From assembly GCA_951406725.2 (NCBI GenBank), contig OX597834.1, positions 40,548,001 to 40,612,000 on the forward strand: a stretch of 64,000 nucleotides of DNA. The letters are read 5' to 3'. Position numbers and translations under genes: made by a program. This stretch comes from Octopus vulgaris. Its lineage: Eukaryota. Below the pieces are notes generated by a model. That model made no database searches. It had not been told where the DNA came from and saw only the letters and a program-made list of their open reading frames with translations. Positions 45,101 to 55,700 of this stretch are shown here, piece after piece (positions within the stretch are counted from its first letter, which is position 1; each line of letters starts with the position of its first letter).

Positions 45101-45302
45101 AATGAAATCTCAAAAGAATTCAAACAAGCAACAAGTTAAAATCTTTCGCGGCCATTGTTGTCAAATGAATAGCGTTATTTACCTCGTCATAGGGCGTTTT
45201 TTCAAGAATACTGGTGCATAATTCGGCGCATTCTTTGAATTTTCTTCGTCTAAAGTTACTTATAGCATAAAACATTGGATGCATTCTCTCGAAGGGTGGC
45301 AT
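32742..45302 (-). CDS. TTC8: Tetratricopeptide repeat protein 8 / BBSome subunit BBS8; complete spliced CDS, 11 exons: 45302-45183, 44650-44463, 43311-43152, 42601-42467, 41543-41458, 40129-39931, 37704-37565, 36512-36338, 35261-35139, 34363-34280, 32858-32742 (1527 nt, 508 aa)
   Basis: The joined exons translate without stops: FRRRKFKECAELCTSILEKTPYDE-AAWSLKTRALTEQVYVDD...RPGTS...RPVTQSGRPVTGFIRPGTQSSRPGTME...SPDGAFINLARLNLSKY...WWW...RRLLQMGVYKSELFCNMGLCCFYAQQFD...HFSLL*. This matches the BBS8 sequence I recall over its full length. Every intron is GT..AG with compatible phase. The start codon could be 45302 or 45284. Confidence 0.97.
32964..33735 (+). repeat. Tandem array of seven ~97-105 bp units derived from SINE family C, in the last TTC8 intron
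   Basis: Each unit has gtgctg..catgtaa...tggcattaggaa(a/g)ggcatcc; only the last unit carries the family's (GAT)n tail. Confidence 0.9.
34280..34363 (-). CDS. TTC8: TTC8 coding exon 10 (ARSFYQSAFVLAPHMFEPHYNYAALNEK)
   Basis: Read manually; acceptor ctctag|GCA; donor AAG|gtatta; LAPHM.EPH.N motif; 84 nt. Confidence 0.95.
35139..35261 (-). CDS. TTC8: TTC8 coding exon 9 (GIGDLDLAHQCFRMALSNNNDHAEAYNNFGVIELKRGHLEM)
   Basis: Read manually; acceptor ttttag|GGA; donor ATG|gtaaca; 123 nt. Confidence 0.95.
35310..35780 (+). mobile_element. 3' end of an RLE-type (R4/Dong-like) non-LTR retrotransposon in TTC8 intron 8, antisense to the gene
   Basis: Open PD..D endonuclease region RKPDMVLIEK...IVDIAC...K..RY...PVIVRALG...LQKTALLGT; short 3' UTR ending in (AAT)n. 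Confidence 0.88.
36111..36305. repeat. ~30-bp minisatellite (agaatataaacatg.gaataacagt..aga), ~6-7 units
   Basis: Direct inspection; next to the TTC8 exon 8 donor. Confidence 0.85.
36338..36512 (-). CDS. TTC8: TTC8 coding exon 8 (RLLQMGVYKSELFCNMGLCCFYAQQFD...WYNVGHVAI)
   Basis: acceptor tgtag|G; donor ATT|gtaagt; 175 nt. Confidence 0.96.
37565..37704 (-). CDS. TTC8: TTC8 coding exon 7 (SLNQLEESVKYYRKVLELDSMQVEAIACIATNHFYNDQPEVALKYFR)
   Basis: Read manually; acceptor ggcag|AGC; donor AG|gtaggg; 140 nt. Confidence 0.95.
39460..39638. mobile_element. MITE with ~45-bp TIRs, interrupting an old family A SINE
   Basis: tggagtaaagatttttaccaacataacatgggcagtcctggtttag ... ctaaaccaggactgccatgtatgttggcaaaaatttttactcca. 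Confidence 0.8.
39931..40129 (-). CDS. TTC8: TTC8 coding exon 6 (MGLYRDAE...LDQPLNA...GEVTLLIGIARIYE)
   Basis: acceptor tacag|G; donor GAA|gtaagt; 199 nt; TPR repeats. Confidence 0.96.
41047..41355 (+). mobile_element. SINE family C (tggcgttaggaagggcatccagc core, (GAT)n tail), preceded by ~5 tandem 19-20-bp repeats; other copies 39220-39390, 40680-40857, 42740-43080, 43430-43742, 54290-54540, 58968-59140, 61080-61240
   Basis: Repeated body aaaagcacccactacactc.cggagtggttggcgttaggaagggcatcc...aacccatgctagcatggaaa.cggac. Confidence 0.88.
41458..41543 (-). CDS. TTC8: TTC8 coding exon 5 (ASKFANMALKNSKDQVWWWQFHYAKCCYR)
   Basis: Not in the ORF track; read manually. Acceptor gacag|GCT; donor AG|gtgatt; conserved WWW..KC.YR; 86 nt. 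Confidence 0.94.
42467..42601 (-). CDS. TTC8: TTC8 coding exon 4 (ASMVSSPDGAFINLARLNL...HENDIRT)
   Basis: acceptor tgcag|GCC; donor ACG|gtaaga; 135 nt. Confidence 0.96.
43152..43311 (-). CDS. TTC8: TTC8 coding exon 3 (PVTQSGRPVTGFIRPG...RYVRLGT)
   Basis: acceptor gacag|A; donor ACA|gtaagt; 160 nt. Confidence 0.96.
44463..44650 (-). CDS. TTC8: TTC8 coding exon 2 (AAWSLKTRALTEQVYVDD...DGINPAIR)
   Basis: acceptor tttag|GCA; donor AG|gtttgt; 188 nt, phase 0 to 2. Confidence 0.95.
45183..45302 (-). CDS. TTC8: TTC8 coding exon 1 (MPPFERMHPMFYAISNFRRRKFKECAELCTSILEKTPYDE)
   Basis: ATG at 45302 (alternative 45284); donor GAG|gtaaat; BBS8 N-terminal FRRRKF..C..LC motif. Confidence 0.93.
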
Positions 45303-45395
45303 GTTTAATGCGGTGACTAAATATATGTACACGTAAGTAACTATGTATAAATATACAATTCTTTAAGTACTATCAATCGGCCATGTTGTATATAC

Positions 45396-45409
45396 GTTAC
45401 CAAAACAAC
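45396..45409. promoter_or_regulatory. X-box-like (RFX-binding) motif GTTACCAAAACAAC ~95 bp upstream of the TTC8 ATG
   Basis: 13/14 match to GTTNCCATRRCAAC. BBS genes are established RFX/DAF-19 targets with promoter-proximal X-boxes. Confidence 0.65.
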
Positions 45410-46244
45410 CTTTAAAGGGAAATAACTGTAGTGAAATAAATTGAGTCATTTCCCTTGAGCCATTTCCACGTTTTTTTATTGCGTCTATTTTTATATATGT
45501 TTCGTTATTACCCACAAGGGGCTAAACATAGAGGGGACAAACAAGGACTGTTATACCAGGAATCTGAGTCCGCCGTTAGCTTTGAGAGAAACTCAGTCTC
45601 ATGTCGGCAGTATCGAATATTTGTTTTCAGATGCTTGCATACAGCTTGTTTGTACAAATACTGGAATCGAAATCTTCGCATTCTGAGCGCCAGGTAGGTT
45701 TCAGCAGTCATCTGGGAGAATGGGGTCTGTTTTGGGGTCGGTGTGGGGGGGGCTTCCTCTCGACGGCTTCACAGAGCACAGGTCCCCCCTATCAATGATG
45801 TGAAGCTCCGCCTTCTGGATCGACTGACACGTATTTAACCATCGACAATCAATGTCCCTTCATTCATCCCTGCCTTCACATGTTCCCTAGGTAAATGATT
45901 TGGGTGTTATAACAGTTGAATTCGGCCCCACGTTTGACTACAGGGAAATCACGAGTTGATCATGTGTGCAAACCCCCATTTCAGTCCAATCAATGCTTTT
46001 TTCGGAAATATTAAATTTCTAAATCTCTCATAGAGATATGTACGGTGGTGGGGCGATAGAATGGTTGTATACTGTCAATCTAACGCAACGTGACATTAGG
46101 AGGTTACACCACCGCTGTTTAGCCCTAGGAAGCATCGACGCTTCCTGCTGGCTTCGACACATTTTTCCTGTGTCACGTGATAGTCTGGTGGCATGATTAG
46201 GACTTTGTGTGAACTGTACTGAGAAGTCTCTTTAGCACTCCGTC

Positions 46245-46616
46245 GATTACGACGATGAGGGTTCCGGTTGATCCGAATCAACGGAACAGCCTGCTCATGA
46301 AATTAACGTGTAAGTGGCTGAGCACTCCACAGACACGTGCACCCTTAACGTAGTTCTCAAGGATATTCAGCGTGACACAGAGAGTGACAAGGCCGGCCCC
46401 TTGAAATACAGGTACAACAGAAACAGGAAGTAAGAGTGAGAGAAAGTTGTGGTGAAAGAGTACAGCAGGGATCACCACCATCCCCTGCTGGAGCCTCGTG
46501 GAGCTTTTTAGGTGTTTTCGCTCAATAAACACTCACAACGCCCGGTCTGGGAATCGAAACCGCAATCCTATGACCGCGAGTCTGCTGCCCTAACCACTGG
46601 GCCATTGCGCCTCCAC
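46245..46616 (-). mobile_element. tRNA-derived SINE family D; a second head lies in the opposite orientation at 46840-46955
   Basis: Head gtggaggcgcaatggcccagtggttagggcag...ggtttcgattccc with A and B boxes. Confidence 0.8.
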
Positions 46617-46967
46617 GTACTGACAAGTACAGCTCACGGCAACAAAAATATGCTTTAATATGTAAAAATCAGCCTAAATGTGAATTTTATGATGAACATC
46701 TCATGCAGCAGTAATATACGTCATTTCATATAAGATTAACTATTCTTGTATTACATGAACACCTTCTGTATTAAGGTAGCAATAAATGAGAAATATGTGT
46801 GTGTGTGTCATTTTGGGTGCTAATGGGTATATGTCAATTGTGGAAGCGCAATGGCCCAGTAGTTAGGGCAGCGGACTCATGGTCATAGGATCGAGGTTTC
46901 AATTCCAAGACTGGGTGTTGTGAGTGTTTATTGAGTAAAAACACCTAAGGTTCCAATGTATATGGGA

Positions 46968-48206
46968 CAGCTATTCCGAAAGAATTCTCTTTCTCCATCA
47001 GATGGCAACATACAAATTCTGGTCTTCTTGTAGGTCTTTGCAATAGCAAGAACTAATTCTTCTGGAATGCAATATGCTTGAAAGATCTTCAATATTTTGT
47101 AAGAATGGGTGCTGTCCAAACCAGTTGCTGAAGTCCACGAGGGTTATAATGGCAGGTAGTAGTCTTGATTTCACTCCTATGATATGCCTCAGGCTAAGAT
47201 CTGAGATGTTGTGTGGCTCTCCTTGGTCTAAATCCATTTTGATTTGGTCTTAGATGGCTATCAAGCACCTGTTGGATCCTGTTGAGGATCATTCAGTTGA
47301 TGACTTAATGTGAGATATTGGACAGTGCAGTTCCTCTGTAGTTAGTTTCATTGCTGAGGTTTCCTAACTCTGGGATTGGTATCAAGCTAATCTCAGACAA
47401 CTGATCTGAACTTTTGGGGGTCTGCAAGAGCTTATTCATAAAATCCAGTATTATTTCATCCAGATTGCACCTCTTGATAACTTCGGTGAGAATTTTATTA
47501 GGGCCAGCAGCTTCTCCTTCTTTCAGTCAATTTTTGGCCCTCTGAATTCTTTCAAATACAAGCTGCGGTGCTACAAGGAGATACGCTTGCACCATATCTG
47601 TTTGTAATTGTATTGGATTATGCATTACATAATCCAAAAGACAACAGTAATGAAAACCTTGGTTTCATCATAAACCAGCAATGATCATGGAGAGTACCAG
47701 CAGTAACCATCACAGACCTGGGCTTCACAGATGATAGAACACTCTTACCTCATAGATCACTCATAGCTAATAGATCAAGCTCAACAGCTGTTCAGCAAAG
47801 TAGAAGCATCAGCTGCAAAGGTAGGACTGCACACAAATGTCAAGAAAACGGAAGACATGTCTTTCAACCGATCAAATGATGCCGAGCTGTCTGTTTCGAG
47901 TGGTTCCAAACTGAATGTTGCTGAAGACTCCAAGTTTCATACTTAGATGATTGGGTTGGGGAATTTGGAAAGCAGACATCAAGATCAGGGAGACACAAGT
48001 ATGGACAGCCTGTCACAAACTAAAGAGAGTCTGGAACACGAAATTGCCCAGGTAAATCAAAACGAAGCTGTTCATTGCAACTGTTGAATCAGTGCTGTTG
48101 TATGGCAATGAAATATGGAGCCTGACAAAGAAATGATCAATTGGGCTAAATGGTTGCTACTCAAGGATGCTACAAATGGCTCTAAATGTGAAATAGCAGC
48201 AACATA
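46968..48206. mobile_element. Decayed RTE-clade LINE RT region with inverted 5' segment (46968-47560 minus; 47561-48206 plus)
   Basis: Minus: LKEGEAAGP...LIPIP..GNLS..NYRG...DF....DS...DGEREFF. Plus: AAVLQGDTLAPYLFVIVLDY...DLGFTDD...KVGL..NVKKTE...ESVLLYG.E.W. Stops and frameshifts are present. Confidence 0.85.
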
Positions 48207-48380
48207 TCTATTATATAAAATTTGTTCTGTCTGTCTGTGTGTCTTCTAGGATCTTGGGCATCCTCCATCCGATTGCACTCAATTTTGATATGTGGATACT
48301 GACAGTATCAGGGCATGTATAAGTCTTGAAAAAATTACAAAAATCAATTCCAGGTGAGAATGCGATCGATAAAGCATTCT
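48207..48380 (+). mobile_element. 5' part of a non-autonomous Helitron-like element truncating the RTE copy
   Basis: a|TCtattatataaaa..tctgtctgtctgtgtg..catccgatt..aattttg, similar in layout to the 5' end at 13059; no 3' CTAG seen. Confidence 0.55.
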
Positions 48381-48968
48381 TTGGAATAGAAAAAAAGTCT
48401 ATCTTTATTTCTTCTTTTGCTGGTGTCTTCTTAACCACACAACAACAACAACAAAAAAAACGTTTTCTTGTATCTATAATAAATGCTCTATTCCCCCCAC
48501 CCCACTCATCATTCTTTCTCCGTTTCTCTTTTTTTTTCTGAAGAAAGACTAACGTCCGAAACGTTTTCACATTGTTCTAACTTCTCAAGAGTTAACCTAT
48601 CATAATCATCGTATTTTGTTGTTTCTGTGTAGTTGCTTTTTATGTTTGCTTTTTGAATTTACGTCATACACACATACATACATACATACATACATACATA
48701 CATACATACATACATACATACATACATAATACATACATACACACATACATACATATAAACATACATACACACAAACAAACATACATACATACACACATAC
48801 ATACATACACACATACACACATACATACATATATACATACATACATAGGTGTGTGTATGTATACACATGCGCGCACACATAAATACACATACACGCACAC
48901 ATATACAGTTAAAAACATTTTATGTGCATATATATGTATAAATATCTGTGTGTATATAGGAGGGGGTG

Positions 48969-49084
<116 letters not shown>

Positions 49085-49135
49085 CAGATAGATAGACAGA
49101 TAGATAGACAGATAGATAGACATAGACAGACAGAC

Positions 49136-49216
<81 letters not shown>

Positions 49217-49412
49217 TAGATTCACACATACATATGTATACGTATGTATACATACACATACATACACTCACATATACATTAATATAATATATAATATATA
49301 TTATATTATATTATGTATTATATATATATAGAGAGAGATATTTTATATTATATTATATATTATATATATATATATAGATAGATATTTTATATTATATTAT
49401 ATTATATTATAT

Positions 49413-49452
<40 letters not shown>

Positions 49453-49558
49453 TAGATATTTTTTATTGTATTATATTATATCATATCATATATAATTTAT
49501 CATTATTGCATATCATACATACATAATAACAGAGTCATTGAAGATCTATAATTGAGAC

Positions 49559-49595
49559 ATCCCAGAATGCAACAGTAATATTTCCAAAATGGCTA
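49559..49595 (+). promoter_or_regulatory. Possible ZNF143/Staf-like site (ATCCCAGAATGCA) and YY1-like AAAATGGC overlapping the PAXBP1 start codon
   Basis: Motif resemblance only. Both motifs are typical of housekeeping and bidirectional promoters. Confidence 0.35.
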
Positions 49596-49793
49596 CCATG
49601 TTTAAAAAACCTCGAAGAAATTTCAGGAGGAAAATTACGACGAGCGATTCTGAGGATGAAAACGATGGCGAAAAGGAGGAAGGACATGTGAAAGACACGC
49701 TCAACAACGGGAACAACGATGCGAAAGTCAAAGAAAAAGCCCACAAGAAGCGAGACGTTTCCAACCTTCTCAGTTTCGTCGATGCAGAGGAAG
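49589..49793 (+). CDS. PAXBP1: PAXBP1 coding exon 1
   Basis: aaaATGG start; MFKKPRRNFRRK and LLSF motifs; donor G|gtaatg. Confidence 0.92.
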
Positions 49794-52700
49794 GTAATGT
49801 CTATAGAATATGCATAATGCATAGATTATATATATTCGGTGTATATATTGCCTTTTAGGCATAGATCGGCGGCTATATAAGTCATGGGTACACACATAGG
49901 TTTAAATTAACCGTGTATGTATTCAGGATATATATTAATTATTAAATATGCGCACAAGGACATGATTGTGTGTGGGTTATTATATTCCAAATGGGAAAAA
50001 TATGATTTCTTCTTTGGCCAAGATCAGTTTCTGACCCTATTTATGGTGAATGGAAGAAAACCATTATTTGTAACAGTTTTTTAAAGCACTTTTTCGTTAA
50101 TCACGGTTGTTAACAACTATATTTAATTCTTCGTTTAATAATTTACCAGTTAATTACCGAAGTCGATTTAATATTCTCTTTAAATCCTCTCAGATGTGAA
50201 CTAATGTTGTTTAGTCCCAAATCAACCCCGAATCGACCAAATTCTACGATGATTGAAGCCATTCTTCCAGGCATGCTCACTTTTATATTTCTCTCAGGCA
50301 TTACGTATCTCGGACAACATTATCCAATGTGTCTTCTCCGTTTTACAAACTGGACGTAATCTGTGAGAGATTTTGGCTGCTATTTCTATAAAGTATGACC
50401 ACGTAGATAAAGGCTCCATTGTAAGATCGTGTTTTTGTTCAACCCCTAAAGTCAACTTGACCGTACAACAATGCCCAGTATATTTTGTAGTACATTATTT
50501 GATCTGCCCTTCGATCAAGGAAGACAGTAGGGATATGATTTGAGGTTGACTGTTATTTCTGGCAGCTCTAGCTGCCTCATAGAGGCTTTCCCTCTTTGGC
50601 AAATATTTGTATTAAGTTTTTGCTGACACAGCTACCATTTCTCAGAGACCAACTTTCGAATTTTATCGTAATTCACATAACACTGTATATAGAATATACT
50701 GTTAATTAAAATGTGGTCTTTTTCGAAGTTATTCATTAAATTTATTGAATTTACAGTATTTTCTTTCAAAACCAAGAAGCGATAATCATTACCTTGATTA
50801 ACATAAACCATTTTCCAGATACGCTTTTTGAAATCTATACTTCGATATATTTTATTCATTTTGGGGATGGGAACACACTATAAGTTTTGATTACTCCATC
50901 AATAATTTGATGTGAAAAATGAAATTATTGAAAATATTAAAATCTTCCATAACGTAATGTGTTCTTGAAGCACGGCCAGCTACGTTTAAGGGTATTTGAA
51001 GGGTTAAAGATATACATTTTTGTTTTTGATTTTCAAGAATCTTGACACGAACTCATGTTTTGAAACAGACTATTCGTCATCATCATCATCATTTAACGTC
51101 CGTTGTCCATGCTGACTTGGGTTGGACGGTTTGACCGGGTCTGGCACGTTGGAAGGCTGCACCAGACCCCAGTCTATTGTAGCTTGTTTATTACTGGTAT
51201 AATGGCCCTCCCGAGATACAAGAAAATAAATATGTTATTGAATTCACAATGGGCAAAAAATGTTAGTCTCGTGTCACACTTGACTCTGCAGACCTGTGAT
51301 TAAAGGCGTTCCACTCGTGATTGTCCAGCCTTTATATTTCTAGGGCTCTACAAACCAACGTGTCTTTTCTCTCTCAAACCAATAAAAACGGTTTTTGAGG
51401 AAAATTTGGTAACTATCTCTTGCATGTCTATCGACTGCAACAATACTGTTGTTGCCTTGTATGTCAGTACGTGAGATGACCTTTTAACCTCAAAAAAAAA
51501 AAGTATTGAGCTGTCGTCTTATACACTGGGTATAATATGTGAGCCTTAAATCCTAACATGGCATTAGCTGTTGATTGATAGCAGGCTATGTGCCAACCCA
51601 AATATTTTCTTCTGAAGCAATCTGATTCACAATATAAAAGTGAATCAGTCGAGGTCGACTTTGCCTTTCATCATCATGTAACGTCTGTTTCCTGCACTTC
51701 CATGGGTTGGACAGTTTGACAGGGAGCTGTCAAGGTGGAGAGCTGCACCACCCTCCAGTCATCTGCTTTTTATGGCTGGATGCCCTTCCTAACACCAACC
51801 ACTTCACAGAGTGTAGTGTCTCCTTTTTACTGGCACCAGTGTTGATAAAATAAGTACCAGTTGAACACCAAGGTTGATGTAATCGATTAACCCCCTCCCT
51901 CCAAATTTCAGGCCCTGTGCTTGTAGTAGAAAGTGCTATTATTGAGGGGCCGTGTGGTAAGTAGCTTGCTTACGAACTACATGGTTCCGGGTTCAGTCCC
52001 ACTGCATGGCACCTTGGGCAAGTATCTTCTACTATAGTGTTGGGCCGACCAAAGCCTTGTGAGTAGATCTGGTAGATGGAAACTGAAAGAAGTCCGTCGT
52101 ATATAAGTATATATATATATGTATATGTGTTTGTGTTTGTCCCCCCCACACACACAACATCGTTTGACAACCGATGCTGGTGTGTTTACGCCCTCGTAAC
52201 TTAGCGGTTCGGCAAAAGAGGCCGATAGAATAAGTACTAAGCTTACAAAGAATAAGTCCTGGAGTCGATTTGCTCGACTAAACAACCCTTATTTTACCAA
52301 TCGATTTGCCAGAACTCTAACTTTTGACTGAGTTCAAGAAAAAAAACAAAAACATTTACAATAATAATCTTACAAATTCCTCAGTGACCTTGTTGGTGCT
52401 GGTGTCACATAGAAAGCCTCTACTACACTCTGTGAAGTGGTTGGCATTATGAAGGACATCCAGCCACAGAAGCCATGCCAAAACAGAGAATGGAGCCTGG
52501 TATGGCCCCTGGCCTTACCGGCTCTCATAAAACTGTTCAACCCATACCAGCATGGAAAGCAGATGTTAAATGATGATGATGTATTGTGTCAACTGGTAAC
52601 AGTAGTTTAGCATACATGTCAGTTGTTGTCAGAACATATATCTTAACCAGTAAATATCTGGCCAGCTTGTCACGGACTTCACAGCAAGCCTTGTTTTATG

Positions 52701-55700
52701 ATAGGTGGTGCTCCAGCATGGCCACAGTCAAATGACTGAAACAAGTAAAAGAGCAAAAGAGATACCAGTGAACTGGTGAATCATAATCGTTGTGTACACT
52801 TTGTCTAAAAGAAGAAGACATTCTCAAGTGGCAAAAAAAACAACTGCGATCAGATATTGACATTCATATCTGCCAGAATGTATTGAAAATGGATCTGTTA
52901 TTGTTTGGATTTTTGCTGTTATACATGTATCCCAGGAATTATTAACCTTTTAACATTCAGATTACTCTGTCAAATGTAATCTTATTTATTCACATTATTT
53001 TTAATTAATCCTGCATTATCTTGTAATTATTTTAGATTTCAATGTCGTGGTTGTTTATGCTTAGAATGACATTTTAGATCAGGTGTGGGAGGTTAGAACA
53101 GGCCAGTTTGAACATGAAACGGGTTTGGGCTGGATATGACCAGTTTTAATGTTAAAGGTTTATGGATTAATTCTTCTAATGGTTTCAGTCATTTGGACTG
53201 GTTGGAGCTCATTGATAGCAAACTGGACGTCAGCAAATGTTTCGCCAACCAGGAGAATTCATCTATGAAGCAATTGTCCCCTCTATGTTTAGCCCCCTGT
53301 GGGTAATAAAGAGATAAATATAATTTGAAAGTGTGTCAGTGAAGGATTGATCAAAGACTTTGCAGTTAAAAATGTTTGGAGAAAACTCTTCAAATATAAA
53401 TAATGTGGAAGTATGCACAGTGGTTAGAGCGTCAGGCTCACAATCATGAGGTAGTGAGTTCGATTCCCAGACTGGGCAGTGTGTTGTGTTCTTGAGCAAG
53501 ACACTTTATTTCATGGTATTCCAGTTCACTCAGCTGTAGAAATGAGTTGTGATGTCACTGGCGCCAAACTGTATCGGCCCCTTTGCCTTTCTCTTGGATA
53601 ACACTGCTGGCGTGGAGAAGGAAGGCTGTTATGCATGGGTGACTACTGGTCTTCCATAAACAACCTTTGCCTGGACTTGTGCCTCAGAGGGGAAATTCTA
53701 GTAGTGTTTTCTACTATGGCTCCTTAGCCCACCAAAACCTTGTTGGTGAATTTAGTAGACAGAAGCCTATCATGTGTTAGTGACTGCGTGTCTTGACATT
53801 GTGGAGTATTTGTAAACGAGCATCACCATCATATAAGTGGTGTTGTATGTTTCCAATCTTCCATAAAAACATGTCCAGCTACGAGGAAAATATATATCCC
53901 CAATAGGAAGGGTATCTGGTCATAGAAAATTTGCCTCAACAAATTCCAACCAAATTCTATCTGAGCTCTGTAGGTATGGACAAGTGGATGATAAAGTGGT
54001 AGCATTACATTGACAGATATCTTGTATTTGTGTGTGTCTGTGTGTGTGTGTACATATCTATAGTGTAAGAGAGAGAAAAGAAAGCTCTTTATTTCCACAT
54101 GGGTAGAAATGTATTTTCAGAAGTTAAATACGATACAAAGACATGGGGCTATTCTGAGCTCCACATCTTTCTATCTCACTTTACATTTGAAAATCAGAAA
54201 AACTTGTGAAACTGGTTAAACCTTCAAAAATAAACCATCTTAAAAACTACCAATGTGCTCTCAACTTTTTTTTTGAGATTATATATATCTGGCCCCGTGC
54301 CAGTGACACGTAAAAGCACCATCCGTTCGTGGCCGTTCGCCAGCCCTGTCTGGCACCTGTGCAGGTGGCACGTAAAAAGCACCCACTACACTCGCGGAGT
54401 GGTTGGCGTTAGGAAGGGCATCCAGCCGTAGAAACACTGCCAGATCTGACTGGGCCTGACGAAGCCTTCCGGCTTCACAGACCCCAGTTGACCCGTCCAA
54501 CCCATGCTAGCATGGAAAGCGGACGCTAAACGACAATAATGCCTATTGGATTATACCTTGGATTTGCAAATCCGAGGTATAACCCTGAGATTTAATCAAT
54601 GTTTATTCAGTTAATGGAATACTACATTAGCCAGGTTCTTACCTGAAGAGATGGGGTGATAGCCTGGATTATAATTATCTCCTCAATTGTATATATTTAT
54701 ATATGTATATATATATATTTTGGCCTGTGTGATGCAATAGTAGAAGACTCTTGCTCAAGGTACCATGCAATGAGATTGAACCTAAATCATCACCATGTTA
54801 CTGTAAAGAGAGCTTCTTAACCATTTACCCATACTCGTGCCCATATCTTGAGTAAGAGATAGCTGTTGCTTGTGGTCGTGTTTTCCAATTGGAACCAAAA
54901 CAATGTGTGATCTCTATTTGTAGGTGATGCCGAAATTTTCCAAGTCAAAAAATCTAGTCATAGCAAACGGATAGCGAAACAACTAAAGAAGGAAAGTCTA
55001 AAAGAGAAAGAGGAAAGAAAGAAGACTGAAGAAGAACAACCAGCGGCACCAAAGACGGCGCCAGCCACTCCCCCTGTTGAGGCACCTCCTGTAGTAAACA
55101 CGGAAGAAAAGCTACGAGTAAGTTCAGAGTTGATTTCTTTTTGATTTTCGTTTTACTTCGTCTCAAATGAAATAGTCGGTCATTATGATTTCACTGAGCT
55201 GGCAGAAACGTTAGCACGCCGGATAAAATGCTTAACGGTATTTCGTCTGCCGCTATGTTCTGAGTTCAAATTCCGCCGAGGTCAACTTTGCCTTTCATCC
55301 TTTCGGGGTTGATTACGTAAGTACCAGTTATGCACTGGGGTCGATATAATAAACTTAATCCGTTTGTCCCCTCTGTGTATAGCCCCTTGTGGGCAGTAAA
55401 GAAATAAGAATTGTTAGCATGCCAGACAAAATGCTTAGCAGCACCCTGTCCTTACATTCTGAGTTCAAATTCTTCCAAGGTCACCTTTGCCTTTCATTCT
55501 TTAGGGGTTGATAAAATAAGAACAAGTTGAGCACTGAGGTCCATGTAATTACCAGTCCTCACCCCTAAAATTTCCAGCCTTGTGCTTCTAGTAGAAAGAA
55601 TTATTTTGGTTTCGGCAGATAAGCCCAAAGAATTTTCTGAGTTTTATAATTTGCAAACCTTTTCTTTTCTCCTTTTTCCAGCGACTCCGGGAAGAGCTGT

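Noticed and set aside
46545-46616. tRNA gene candidates (also 20424, 46840, 53405, 63232)
   Set aside because: A/B boxes are present but there is no closed cloverleaf, and each runs into a repeat body; these are SINE heads
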